From an uncultured virus (IMG/VR IMGVR_UViG_3300033388_007403) (Duplodnaviria > Heunggongvirae > Uroviricota > Caudoviricetes), in the IMG/VR virus record IMGVR_UViG_3300033388_007403: a DNA stretch of 64,000 bases; one strand, written 5' to 3'. The first letter of the stretch is position 1; each line of letters starts with the position of its first letter. The position numbers and the translations under genes were made by a program. The notes below the pieces were generated by a model, which saw nothing but the letters and a program-made list of their open reading frames with translations, ran no database searches and had not been told where the DNA came from. Below are positions 29,907 to 41,544 of this stretch, piece after piece.

Positions 29907-30088
29907 TTTCTTTCCCTTTCTATGCCACCATTGGCACTGTATAAGAGAAAATTTTATTCACTCTGGCGGATTGAAAAGAGAATAGGCAGAGTTTACTCTG
30001 CCTATTCTCAACACACAATACATCAAAAAGGAAGAACCATGAACCGCCGTTATTAACCCCACTAAGCGGATAGGGTATTATTATTTTG

Positions 30089-30436
30089 TTACCAGCCAAA
30101 CGACTGTGATTTTCTACGTTCATTCTCTGCTTTAGCTACTATTTGAGCAACTTCTCTTTGAGACTTTGTAGATGTAGGAAATCTTTTTACTGTTCCATCT
30201 GGCTCAAACCTGAAAGTTCCAACACATTTACAGTAGTTATTATCTCCTACCTGGTATGTCTTTTGTATCGTACCAGTTACTGCACCATCTCGCTGTTCTC
30301 GACCCACTTCATGGAAATATACAACTCCATTCTTTTCCCAACTGTTAGATGATTCAAGAGGCTTTCCAGCCGCTTTCAACTGAATCATCAACTGTTCCAT
30401 TGTACTCATTGCCAAAGAAGAACATGAATAACCCAT
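30089..30436 (-). CDS. hypothetical protein
   Basis: RBS after repeat 30493. Confidence 0.7.
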   Translation of the reverse strand: MGYSCSSLAMSTMEQLMIQLKAAGKPLESSNSWEKNGVVYFHEVGREQRDGAVTGTIQKTYQVGDNNYCKCVGTFRFEPDGTVKRFPTSTKSQREVAQIVAKAENERRKSQSFGW

Positions 30437-30730
30437 TTTCTTATCCCTTAAAAAGTATTATCATTTACACCTTATCAGTATAAATTTTTTTCACTCTGGC
30501 GAAATCAGCGGCTATTGACCACTTCAAATTCTTCAATGACTGCATCCTCAATATCTGCCCTTGTGGTCGTATCAGAGAAGTTGTATTCCATCTCCTCAAT
30601 GATCTCTGAAATCTCCACACCTTCATCAACTTTCATTGTTAATTTCACTTCGACCTTCACTGTTACTGTCCTCATCGTTGTCTCCTGTTCTTGTTCTATA
30701 AGAATAAAACATTATTTTTCCGAGAAAAAA

Positions 30731-31003
30731 CTATCCATCCTTCTTTTCAGATGTATTGTTCTTAATCCACTCAATAACATCTGACTGTTCAACAAAACTA
30801 TTTCCCTGTTCATCTTCCAATTCAAAACCACAATGCAAGCACTGGTAGGACAGAATCTGACTATCTCCGGCAGTAGGATTGTCATAGTCATACACTACAT
30901 CTTCATCAGTGATTCTTGTGATTGGGTAAGTCATAATCACTTGTTCAACTGAACCGAGTTCATGCTTTCCGCATTTGGGACATGTAAATTTGAGTTCATT
31001 CAT
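30731..31003 (-). CDS. zinc-ribbon protein, family of 44199/44470/44838
   Basis: CPKCG...YQCLHCG...VIEWIKNN. Confidence 0.7.
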   Translation of the reverse strand: MNELKFTCPKCGKHELGSVEQVIMTYPITRITDEDVVYDYDNPTAGDSQILSYQCLHCGFELEDEQGNSFVEQSDVIEWIKNNTSEKKDG

Positions 31004-31060
31004 TTTGATGGTTCCTTTCTCATGTAAATTTGAGTTCATTCATTTTGATGGTTCCTTTCT
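30981..31060. repeat. perfect 40-bp tandem duplication including RBS and start codon
   Basis: CATGTAAATTTGAGTTCATTCATTTTGATGGTTCCTTTCT x2. Confidence 0.95.
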
Positions 31061-31287
31061 AATCTATAAATATGGATTTTTTTCACTCTGGCGGAATCAT
31101 TTTGTTAATCCCTTTTCAAGAGCATCAAGATATTCTTTAGGCATTGTCAGTATACTTCTGGAGAAGAATATTGGACCTTCTTGGTTCATTAACTCCCAAT
31201 CTATTACTCTTTGCTTTTGTTCTTTTGTTCTTTTACGTCTTTTTTTGTCTTTTTTTGTCTTTCCCATTTTCTTATTCCTTTCAATAT

Positions 31288-31400
31288 CAAGAAAAAGCAC
31301 GGTTTTTGACTAAATGGCTGTTCTATACGCCACGTCGTTTTGTACTGAGAACAGGCTGCATTGCCGATACCGTATCACTTAATCAACCGCCTTTTTCTCG
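31288..31400 (-). ncRNA. structured RNA or leader of about 110 nt
   Basis: Three nested stems directly after repeat 31427. Confidence 0.55.
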
Positions 31401-32297
31401 ACACCTTATCAGTGTAAATTTTTATCACTCTGGCGGATCAAACCGCTATTATCTCTTTTCTCTCTTTTCTTCCTTTTCTCCCTTTTCTTTCAGGATTTGC
31501 TACCTTTTTTCTCAGGTTTTGAAGATGGCGACTAATTTGGTATCTATCATCTTCTTCCATCTTTTTGATAACAAAAGTAATAGTAGAGATAATTTTAGGA
31601 CAGCTTATTACTGCTATTTTCTGTCTTTTTTCTGCTGTTCTGACAACGATTGGGACAATATCTTCTTTTGCGATAATATCGAATCCTATTGCTTTCAGAT
31701 AAAGAGCAACTTCATTAAGACCTCTATTGTCTATCTCGAACATTTTCTTTACTCCAAAAAAGTTATCATCAACACTTTATCAGTGTAAAATTTTCTCACT
31801 CTGGCGGTTTGCCAAAGGTTACAAAGCAAACACACATTTTCCCATACAAAGGTTGTCCACTTACATCAGAATAAAAGCGATGAAAAGAGTATTTAAGATC
31901 CAGTAAAGCACCTTGTAATCCTGTTGTTGCTTGTCCAGTCCATTCGTGAGTTGGAAAGCAACCCACTAATCTGGACTGTAAAGATGCAGATTCTCTGTGG
32001 TTTTCAATTACATCCCAAACTGTTTTTTCATTTACAGACATAATAATACCTCAATATTCTCATCTTCATGTAGTTGAGCTATAAACTCTTCTTCTGTCAT
32101 ATCACTCCCAAACTGTTCAACCATTCTCCCATCTTTATTTATCGCAATATACAATGCGACTGCATATTGTTGTAATGCTATGTCCAGTTCTCCGTGTTCT
32201 TCTGTCTTAATCTTAATCAATCTACTCATTTTCTTATCCCTTAATTCGGCGTTATCATTAACACTTTATAAGAATAAAATTTTTTCACTCTGGCGAT

Positions 32298-32717
32298 TTA
32301 CACCGAACCCCTACTTATTCCTTGTGTACCTAATAGATCCCAATAGTTTGTATCTGTCCTGGATTCACAATCTCCGCCATAATAACTCATTTGGTCAACG
32401 GCAAGATAGAAAAGTCTATCTTCTTCATCCATATCTCTAAGACAATTCCAATCTGCAAACTCTGCAACTGAAACTTTTTTTCCAGCGACAAAATCATTCC
32501 ACAAACTCTGCAAATAATCAGCAGATTCATCTCTGCTGTTAACTGTGTATCCAGTTCCTCCGTTATCTTCTGCATTATTTCTAACCTCTACGATATTAAA
32601 ACTATCGCCATAGGACTCGAACCCCTTGCAAGGTGTTTCTCTTTTAATAAACATTCCACCATGAATTCGATGATTTACATCGCCAAAGTTATGCCATTTG
32701 TTTTTCTTGAATATCAT
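32298..32717 (-). CDS. hypothetical protein
   Basis: GDVN...HGG motif; RBS after repeat 32775. Confidence 0.7.
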   Translation of the reverse strand: MIFKKNKWHNFGDVNHRIHGGMFIKRETPCKGFESYGDSFNIVEVRNNAEDNGGTGYTVNSRDESADYLQSLWNDFVAGKKVSVAEFADWNCLRDMDEEDRLFYLAVDQMSYYGGDCESRTDTNYWDLLGTQGISRGSV

Positions 32718-33235
32718 TTTCTTATCCCTTAATTCGGTGTTATCATTAACACTTTATAAGAATAAAAAATTCTCACTCTGGCGGAACCGAAGTGAGAATT
32801 TTGAAGGTTTAATGTCGGTTGTTTTCAACCGATTACCCACCAACCTACAAGAGTGAATAAAGCATAAAAAGATGGTCTGCCGCTTCATTGTCTTCAACAG
32901 GACTCCACGACAGACCTAAATAACTCACAATTTTGTTGATCTTCAATCCCTGTAGAGTAGACAGTTCACATGAAAATCAACCCAACTCATCCAATTATAC
33001 GAAATTGGGAAACGCTTTTTCTAATTTCTAAGTCTAATCCATTTATTAAAGTAGGGTTTTTATCGCTTAGGCAGAATACACCATCCTTTCTATTACAAAA
33101 TTTTAATTATCATAATCATAATTGGAGCCAACGCTCTCTTATCTACTATATAAGTTCTGATTTTTTTCACTCTGGCGGATTAGGGAACAAGGAAGATTCT
33201 GGAGTTGTGTGTCCAGAACCTCCCTTGAGAAAATG

Positions 33236-33583
33236 TCAGTATTCACTTTTCAATAACAAGATACCATCTATCAGATATATCTCAATCTCGTCCAGTGGAA
33301 AGTCGGTATAAGGTATCTTCTGTTCCACAATATTCGGTTTTCCGCTATCTTCTTTCATCGTAAGAAGAGCAGAATTATCTGAATTCTTTTTCAGATTCCA
33401 GACCTGGAACTGTTGCTTCTTTTTGTGGCTACTGATTGTAGTCAATAACCAATAACTTTCACAACTTTCCCACAAAAACTTGATTCCATCGGTATAATTG
33501 AACCAGAGATAACGGCTCGAAAAATGCTGTTCAGTCCCGATACAATGAGCTAATCCCGTTAAAATCTCACTCTTTTTCAACAT
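33236..33583 (-). CDS. DUF6876-like protein
   Basis: GTE..YTDG..L...SYWL..FQVW..Q.IPYTDFPL..LLL.SEY. Confidence 0.7.
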   Translation of the reverse strand: MLKKSEILTGLAHCIGTEQHFSSRYLWFNYTDGIKFLWESCESYWLLTTISSHKKKQQFQVWNLKKNSDNSALLTMKEDSGKPNIVEQKIPYTDFPLDEIEIYLIDGILLLKSEY

Positions 33584-33715
33584 TTTCTTGCTCCCTTAAT
33601 CAGTGTTATCATTAACACCTTATCAGAATAAAATTTTTTCACTCTGGCGGAAAAAATCACCCCGCCGAGAGCCATATTGTAAATATCTCTCATTGGGGCG
33701 ATGCGGTCAAGTTAT

Positions 33716-33934
33716 TTAATACCCTGATTCTGCCTCTTTTTTCTCTATCATCTCTTTGAAAAGACGATAAACATCAGCTTTTTTCCTGGCAGTGATTCCA
33801 TATGTCCTTTTGATATGGGCACAAATCGAACCACCGCGAGATTTCAGACCTTTCATCTCCAGACCCAGTGCCGACAACTGCGACTTCATCTGAAAGAGTT
33901 TGATACCATTCGGATCTGTAATTACTGTTGCCAT
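33716..33934 (-). CDS. small hypothetical protein, copy 1 of a triplicated cassette
   Basis: RGGSICAHIKRTYGITARKK. Confidence 0.75.
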   Translation of the reverse strand: MATVITDPNGIKLFQMKSQLSALGLEMKGLKSRGGSICAHIKRTYGITARKKADVYRLFKEMIEKKEAESGY

Positions 33935-34001
33935 TTTCTTTTCCCTTCAAAAGTGTTATCATTTACACCTTATCAGTATAAATTTTTTTCACTCTGGCGA
34001 A

Positions 34002-34208
34002 TTAGTAACCCGCCAGTTCTTCAGCCTCTTTCACCATTTTCTCAAATTGATCAGCAACATCTTGTTTCTTTCTGACAGTGATTCCGTATATCCTCTTGAT
34101 ATAGGCACAGATTGAACCACCTCTGAATCTTATTCTCATAATCTCCATCTCTGTTGCTAACTCTGCAATCTTCAATGCACTCTGCTCTTTTCTAATCTTC
34201 TTACTCAT
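34002..34208 (-). CDS. small hypothetical protein, chimeric copy 2
   Basis: 3' half near-identical to 34474-34692; different N-terminus. Confidence 0.7.
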   Translation of the reverse strand: MSKKIRKEQSALKIAELATEMEIMRIRFRGGSICAYIKRIYGITVRKKQDVADQFEKMVKEAEELAGY

Positions 34209-34473
34209 TTTACTCTCCTCTCGGTATTACCACAAGATCACGCTTCCACAAAGTTTCTCTTACAACAGAGTGTTCTCCTCTCTTTACTGGAGTATCGTAC
34301 GTTACAAATACCTTACCCTCAGTACTTATAAAACCTTCATATACCTCAGGTATCTGATCAACTACTCCTGTTACCTCTGGACTCTGCTTCAATCTTACTT
34401 TCGTTCCCTTCTTCATTTTACTTTCCTTTCTTATTTACACCTTATCAGTATAAATTTTTTTCACTCTGGCGAA

Positions 34474-34692
34474 TTAGTAACCTGCCAGTTCTTCAGTTTC
34501 TTTCACCATTTTCTCAAACTGATCAGCAACATCTTGTTTCTTTCTGGCAGTGATTCCGTATGTCCTTTTGATATGGGCACAGATTGAACCACCTCTGAAT
34601 CTTATTCCCATAATCTCCATCTTTAATGCCGACAACTGCGATTTCATTTGAAAGAGACTAATTTTATCTTGTCCTGTAATTACTGTTGCCAT
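34474..34692 (-). CDS. small hypothetical protein, copy 3
   Basis: MATVIT...RGGSICAHIKRTYG. Confidence 0.75.
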   Translation of the reverse strand: MATVITGQDKISLFQMKSQLSALKMEIMGIRFRGGSICAHIKRTYGITARKKQDVADQFEKMVKETEELAGY

Positions 34693-34900
34693 TCTACTTT
34701 TCTTTCAACTCTAAAATTATGCTTTCGATAGTTACTAACCTCATATTTAATATCTCTGAAATTTCCTCTACTGATTTTTTCTCTTCCCTCAACTTTTTTA
34801 CCTTGTCAATAACAAACTGTGGTGTTTGTTTTTTTCCTGTCATTTTACTTTCCTTTCTTATTTACATCTTATCAGTATAAATTTTTTTCACTCTGGCGGT

Positions 34901-35443
34901 TTACAGTTTTCTCTCTGTCCACATATTCAGCCTATATAAACCACACTTTCCACATCTATAAAGATGACCATTAAATCTTTTCTTTTTGCTCATTCTCTTT
35001 GCTGTTTGTCTTTTGTATCCACAAGGACAAGAATATTCCCATTTCTTGATTGTTTTTACATAATCAGCACTTGCATTATCAGTAAATCTGTGTCCTGCCA
35101 TTGCTCTATTCATTGTCCCACCAAATTTACAACAAAGCACCTTAAAAGAGTTATTGTGTCCTCTACCCTTATAAAGGATATAATTGGCAATATGGGCAAC
35201 TTCATGCCTGAAAGTTTCTTCAAACCTTTTCCAGTCAAACTCTACCAACAATGCTTGGGACATAACTATCTTACAATGGTCTATTTCTCCAAAAGGAGTA
35301 AAAATAACTTCACATCTACCATTACTACTTCTCAATCTTTTTGAGATAACTATATCTGGTGTTCCATTATAATTGAAATTGAATTTACTACTAAGTTCAT
35401 TGTAGACATTCATCAATCTCATTTGTACGGCGATGTTGTTCAT
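34901..35443 (-). CDS. SprT-like zinc metalloprotease with C-terminal Zn ribbon
   Basis: TFRHEVAH..GH..F; YSCPCG; YRCGKC. Confidence 0.9.
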   Translation of the reverse strand: MNNIAVQMRLMNVYNELSSKFNFNYNGTPDIVISKRLRSSNGRCEVIFTPFGEIDHCKIVMSQALLVEFDWKRFEETFRHEVAHIANYILYKGRGHNNSFKVLCCKFGGTMNRAMAGHRFTDNASADYVKTIKKWEYSCPCGYKRQTAKRMSKKKRFNGHLYRCGKCGLYRLNMWTERKL

Positions 35444-35865
35444 TTCCCTATTCCCTTAATTAGTATTATCATTAACACTTTATTAGAATAAAATTTTTCT
35501 ACTCTGGCGGAATGAAAAATAAAAAGAGGATGGAGTTCATCGGCTTACCCAAGACTGACTCTCCATCCTTAAATATAGGTTTTATCGATATTGTACCGAT
35601 GGGATCTCTTTAGTATCCTCGACTCTTTGGACTCTGACCAGGATTTTTGTGGTGGAATCCTTCTGCATGATTTGGACCACGAATCTTGTGTTTGCATTCC
35701 GGACAATATCGAGGTGATGTTTTACCTGCTGGACCTTTGCCCTTCATTTCTTTCCTGCAAAACAGTGGCCCTCTTGTCGTTATTTTTTCCTTTGCCATTT
35801 TCTTTTTCCTCAAAATTAAGTTATCATTAACACTCTATCAGAGTAAATTTTTTTCACTCTGGCGG

Positions 35866-36045
35866 ATTTAGATGGTCTGCCGCTAATTTGCTTTCTTTGA
35901 ATCCGGAGTTCATATATAAGAAAGCTCCACGGCAGACCTAAATTCGGCATTGCGACACTCTCGCGGCATATTAGCGACGATGGGTCGTCAGGCCGTAGGC
36001 GGTGAGTCCTCCACTATTACTCATTACGGTTCTCACTCACCTTTA
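35866..36045 (-). ncRNA. RNA-only unit of about 180 nt with multiple hairpins
   Basis: No ORF between repeats 36071 and 35856; stems GGTGAGT/ACTCACC, GACGA/TCGTC, GGTCTGCCG/CGGCAGACC, GCTTTCTT/AAGAAAGC. Confidence 0.6.
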
Positions 36046-36346
36046 TACACTACTACAACAAAATTTTCTTACTCTGGCGGAATCAGCAATGTACTTTATT
36101 CATTATCTTATCGATAACATATCTCTCCATACATTGCCAAAGAGTCTCAAAATTATTCAACCTCTCAATTGCATCGAATAAATTAGCATCTATATCCTCT
36201 GCTCCAGTGATACTACCTGCTCCGATCCAATTCTCATTAAACCAGGTGTCAATCATCTTCTTCTGTCTCTTGCTTAACTTTCTCATTTTCTACTCCATAA
36301 ACATTATCAACATCTTATCAGTATTAAATTTTCTCACTCTGGCGGA

Positions 36347-36622
36347 TTAATAACGGTGTTGATTCCTCAACAATCTTTGTATCAATCGAGAGTCTTTTTC
36401 TACTCTTGACACTTTATTCAGTGTTGTACTTTTTCCGAATACACATACACTGATATTATCTGGATCTCCTTCTGTCTTTTCTGCTCTTACCTCAAAGAAT
36501 CCAGCAGAAACTACATCATCTTTACCTCCAAACACTTCTGCCACATCATTGTGGTTAAGAACTGTTGGGAATAGAATTGGAGTTTCCATCTCTCCAACTA
36601 TGATATATTTACCATTAGCCAT
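36347..36622 (-). CDS. conserved phage hypothetical protein
   Basis: KYI..PILFP..H..VSAGF..G.STTL..SR. Confidence 0.7.
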   Translation of the reverse strand: MANGKYIIVGEMETPILFPTVLNHNDVAEVFGGKDDVVSAGFFEVRAEKTEGDPDNISVCVFGKSTTLNKVSRVEKDSRLIQRLLRNQHRY

Positions 36623-37506
36623 TTTCTTGCTCCCAAAAGAACTCTCACACCTTATCAGTGTAAAAATTATTCACTCTGGCGGATTAATCAATCTCCCCTC
36701 TTTCAAATCTTTCTTCATCTTCTTCATCCCTGTAATCTCGTCTCCATTCTTTATCACAAGAGAGCATAATCAAAAAGTTAGATAATCCAATACCCATACT
36801 CCAGCCCATTACATAATTTAACCACGGTAAAGGTTGATAACCGATAGGTTTTCCCCAAATCATAGGAATAAACACAAGAACAATAATAAAACCACCCACA
36901 AATCCTATCACACAAATCAAAGCAATAAGAATATGGATAATCTCTATCACAGTCTTAATATGATATATTGTATCTTTTTGTTTCATTATCATTTTATTTA
37001 CTATCCAGAACTTTAATACCCCTGAATTGAGAATCCACAACACTAACAGTATCAGAACCTATAACTTCTAACTCTGAAACTGCATCTGAAATAGTCGTAT
37101 CTTCATCTATTTCAATGGTTACTTCTGTAGTCATTTCTACTACTACTTTTCTTGTCATTTTCTTTACTCCAAAAAAGTTTCATTCAACACTCTATAAGAA
37201 TAAATTTTTCTCACTCTGGCGGTTCTACTTGACCTTCATCAATCCAGCTTAATCTTTCACAGTATTTCTTGATAGAGATTTCTCTTTTTACATCATCTTC
37301 CACCAAATTTAAGATATACTTTGCAAGTTTTACTAATATATCTTTTTCAACAGAGATAGGCATCGTGGTACAATATGAAGCATCATCCACTGGCATCTCA
37401 AAAATATCTTCTTTTATGGATAGAGAATCTAAGATGAGGATAATTATCTGGATTAAAATTTCCAGCCCAATCACCTGCTAACTCATCATAACTCATTATC
37501 TCTCCA

Positions 37507-38118
37507 TTACAGATATAAACTACTACATTTCTCTCGTTCTCGTTTCGGTGCGGCTATTATCCAATCAATCGTACTTTTACATTCTTCAATCATCTCACTT
37601 GTTTCTCCATAAAATCCCCAACAGGATTCTAATTTTTCTCGACAATCATCATCGTCTAAATCACCCTGCATTGTACCAAATAACTTAAAGCCATATACTT
37701 GACCTGTAACATACTTATCCATTGTCTCCACCTCACCTTTTGCCACTTCTAATGCTTTGGCTTTTAGTTTCGGTGTAAAGACTTTTTTCCCAAATTCTCT
37801 AATCATTTTTTCGCGGGGAACAATAACAACCCCAACCTGTCCAGAATCCCAGCGACAGTGAAAAGGTGTAAGAGATATTGTAATTCCAGAATGGTCATAC
37901 ATATATAATGGTAGAACAATATCTTTATTTTGGTGTGCTTCTCTTATAGCTGCATTAAGACTCTCTATATCCTTATGGTTGACATCACCAAAAGAATATT
38001 TCCGGTGAACAACATGAAAGATACAGATATTGTCCCAATTTCTTGGACTATCCCCATCGTCATCATAGTGAATCTCAATCTTATATCCTTTGTAATGTAC
38101 TGTTTCCGTCGCTTCCAT
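37507..38118 (-). CDS. conserved phage hypothetical protein
   Basis: SPRNWDN, LPLYMYDHSGITIS, WDSGQVG, SCWGFYG. Confidence 0.8.
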   Translation of the reverse strand: MEATETVHYKGYKIEIHYDDDGDSPRNWDNICIFHVVHRKYSFGDVNHKDIESLNAAIREAHQNKDIVLPLYMYDHSGITISLTPFHCRWDSGQVGVVIVPREKMIREFGKKVFTPKLKAKALEVAKGEVETMDKYVTGQVYGFKLFGTMQGDLDDDDCREKLESCWGFYGETSEMIEECKSTIDWIIAAPKREREKCSSLYL

Positions 38119-38170
38119 TTTTTTGCTCCAAAAAAAATTATCATTAACATTCTATAAGAATAAAATTTTC

Positions 38171-38647
38171 TCACTCTGGCGGTTTAATTCTCACTTTCAC
38201 TGGCAATTTTTCATTTCTACCCCATTCCAGAGCTTCTTTATGAGTATCAAAATAAACGTCAAGACGGTTTCCTTTTATCGCTCCACCACGATCAATTACT
38301 TTTACAATTTTCCCTCTATTATATCCTGGAATTATCATTTCTGTCCCAAAATCATAAATCTTTGGTGCTGCAACAAATTTTTCACCCTTTTTTATCCAAT
38401 GACCATTTGCTGTTTGCCCGTTAGAATGTATTCCGCAACATATCTCACAAGGACAATAAGCAGATACATTCATCACTATTGTTTCCCATTCTGGTTCCAC
38501 AATAGGGTTAATTATAATGCTTTTAGCTTTTGCTTCTCTTCTTTCCCCCCATCCTTGCGAATATCCCCATCCACCAAATATTGCACCAATAACAAGTACA
38601 AAAATAATTTGGATCAATGTTGGTTTTGTGAATCTACTACATTCCAT
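38171..38647 (-). CDS. 3D-domain (MltA-like lytic transglycosylase fold) protein with N-terminal membrane anchor
   Basis: SAYCPC..CC..TANG..VAAP..FGT..IPGY..DRGGAIKGNRLDVYF; stop lies inside the repeat (PPE*). Confidence 0.9.
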   Translation of the reverse strand: MECSRFTKPTLIQIIFVLVIGAIFGGWGYSQGWGERREAKAKSIIINPIVEPEWETIVMNVSAYCPCEICCGIHSNGQTANGHWIKKGEKFVAAPKIYDFGTEMIIPGYNRGKIVKVIDRGGAIKGNRLDVYFDTHKEALEWGRNEKLPVKVRIKPPE

Positions 38648-41544
38648 TTTTCTTACTCCAAAAAGATTATCATTAACATATTATAAATGAGATTTTTTCT
38701 CACTCTGGCGGTTATTTACAACAATGTTCAGGAAGATTAGTTATAAAACTTACTCTACAATCACTTCTTGAGCAAGTTACTACTTCTGTCTATTCAATTT
38801 CTTTATTCAGTGTATCACAATTAGGACAGATTCACTCATAACCACTTGCGATTATATCTACTGGTGATATTCCTTGTGGGTTATCATCCATCACTTAAAC
38901 TCCCTATAATAACCCTTAAATACACCATAAGCCATTGAACCATCACCAAACTGCAAATCAGCATGAGTTTCATTCTCAGATACAATATCAACTTCATCTA
39001 TTGTATCTCCATAACATATTTCATCATAATCTTCTACTTGTTCATCTTCACAAGCTGTTACGATTGTTATTGTTACATCTTCTGTCCATTGTATCTTCAT
39101 TTTTTTGCTCCAAAATTATCATCAACACAGTGTAAGAGAATATTTTTTTTACTCTGGCGGGTTACTCTTTTCATAAAAATATAAAAAGCTAAAACAGTCA
39201 ATGAAAAATAACAATCAATCATTCTCTATTTCCTCACTGTAATCGTTCAGTAAAATCTTAATTACTTCCCACCCTAATTCTATGGATCTCTCTTTTAATC
39301 TTTTACTGATGAGACTCAGAACCTTTTAACAGCGTTCTGGAGTCCAATCAGGCTTAAAAGATTCAATATCTTCCCAGCACCAAGTAATTGTTACTTTTTG
39401 TTCTGTGCTACTCATTTTTATTCCCTCTACATTTTCTCTTATTTTGTTCTTTTTTCTTATTCCTGAAAACTTTTGTTCCAGTAGGACAAGGACTGGACTT
39501 TCTTAGTCTCAATACTGCCTTTTCCTGTTCTGTTAAGTTTTTCTTTTTTCGCTTCTTCATACCTTATCAAGAACAAATTTTCTCACTCTGGCGGTTTATC
39601 CAGAGACAACCCAACCTTTTTCTGTAATTTTATCCTTATATTTTTCTCCTGCTGGAGTAAGTTGATAGACTCCTGTTACTTCCCAGAAAAATCCATTAAC
39701 TTCATCATATTTACCACTATACTCTTGATACCTAATTACAAGATTAAGATCTGTTTTCTCCTTAAATGCTTTTATGAGAATATCAAGCAATTCTTTTATC
39801 TTTTCTTCTTCTTCTTCTTCTTCTTCTTCTTCTTCTTCTTCTTCTTCATCATCTATGCAATCAACACCACTCATTTCATCAAGAGAATAAGCAACATTGT
39901 CAATATCTGTTATCTCTATCAGATATTCCAAAAGCTGCTATGCTCTACGGGACATGTTTCCTTTACAAACTCATCTGTAACTGTATTTGCATAACCCGGT
40001 GAATAACCAAATCCCATTAAAGTACCCCTTCAATATCATTATCATTTACAAAAGCACATATCATATCTACAATTTGTCTTGCTACTATTCCAAGACTATC
40101 AACATTCTCACCTTCAAACATCTCCTCTAATTCCTGATGAATCCATACCCTCAATCTCAATGTTGGCTCAGAAGAACGATTACTTTTCCATTCTTCCATC
40201 TCCACTTTTACTTTAGTGAAATAAAGTCCTTGATTTATTCTTTCATAACAGAGAACAATCTCTACTTCTGTTATTTCTTCTCCATTATCTATCTCTAAAT
40301 TCCATGTTGTCTCCATTTCAACAACATGAGTAATTTCTTGTGTATCTGGTTGTGGTCTTTCAAATTTAAGCATTTTTTACTCCGCTAATTTCATATATTC
40401 TTCTGGACATTTTCTTATATCGGTGAAACAATATTCCCAATATTTTACATTCAGTTTAGATGGATCACCATCCCAATCATTAGGAGCAGGAATCAATCCA
40501 CAATTCACAGCAAAAGATACATAGTTAATATCTGATTGTAATAATATAGACTTTCCATTTCTGAAACTAATTACATATCCACAACATTCAGATACTACTC
40601 TACATGCTACCATTTTTCTACTCCATTAAGGTTTCATTCAACACCCTATCAGTGTAATATTTTTTCACTCTGGCGGAATTATTCTAACATAAGATGAGGT
40701 CCTATCCAGGGATAACCTCTTTCATAAAATCTAACATCATTCACTTTTGAGCAACAAAGAACAGAAGATTCTGAATCATCATAATACTCAAAAACAAGTG
40801 AAACATTCTGTTATTCCTCTGGTAATGATAATATCTTTAATGCTATTTCTTTTACTGTCATTCTACAATCTCCAATTCATATCCTACCCAATTAAGAGTT
40901 TCAATTGCTCCATTTTCTGCTATTCTGTCTCTGGCTCCATAGCCAAATCCAAGTATTTCAAGAGCCTTTTGTGCTGCTGTTTTTTCTCCATCAGCCTTAA
41001 AAGGATCTACCATATCATTTACTTTTCCACTTCTTGTTATTCTGTATAACATTACCAAATAATCTCCGTAATTGTATAAACATCTACTTTCAGAGTTTCA
41101 AACTCAAAACCATGACTTTCTGCTGTTCTTTTGAACGCATCAATAGTCTGTTTAAGTTTTTTTCCACAATCTCATATCTCAGGTTTATTTTTTATACAGA
41201 TATGATAATCACTACTTCTTTATGTTAATATTGCTTTTACTTTCTTCATTTTCTTACTCCAAAAAATAATTATTTCCCCTGGCGGGAATCGAACCAATCA
41301 TGAATAAAAGATATGACTACTTTCTAATTATCCTATCCATTTCACATTTCTGAATTTGCACTCCGCAATCTTGACATAAAGCAATTCCTGCATGCCGAAA
41401 CTACCTATCCCTTACTATAGATCAGGGAAAAAGCTTTGTGCGCCTCCAGCATTCTAACCAATTAAACTACAGGAAGTTTATGTTTATTTCAAAGAGCCAT
41501 TCTCAACACCTTATCAGTGCTAAAATTTTTCACTCTGGCGGAAT

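Noticed and set aside
39803..39847. (TTC)n microsatellite as a regulatory or phase-variable element
   Set aside because: It is an in-frame triplet run encoding poly-Glu in ORF 39596-39931. Length change would not shift the frame.
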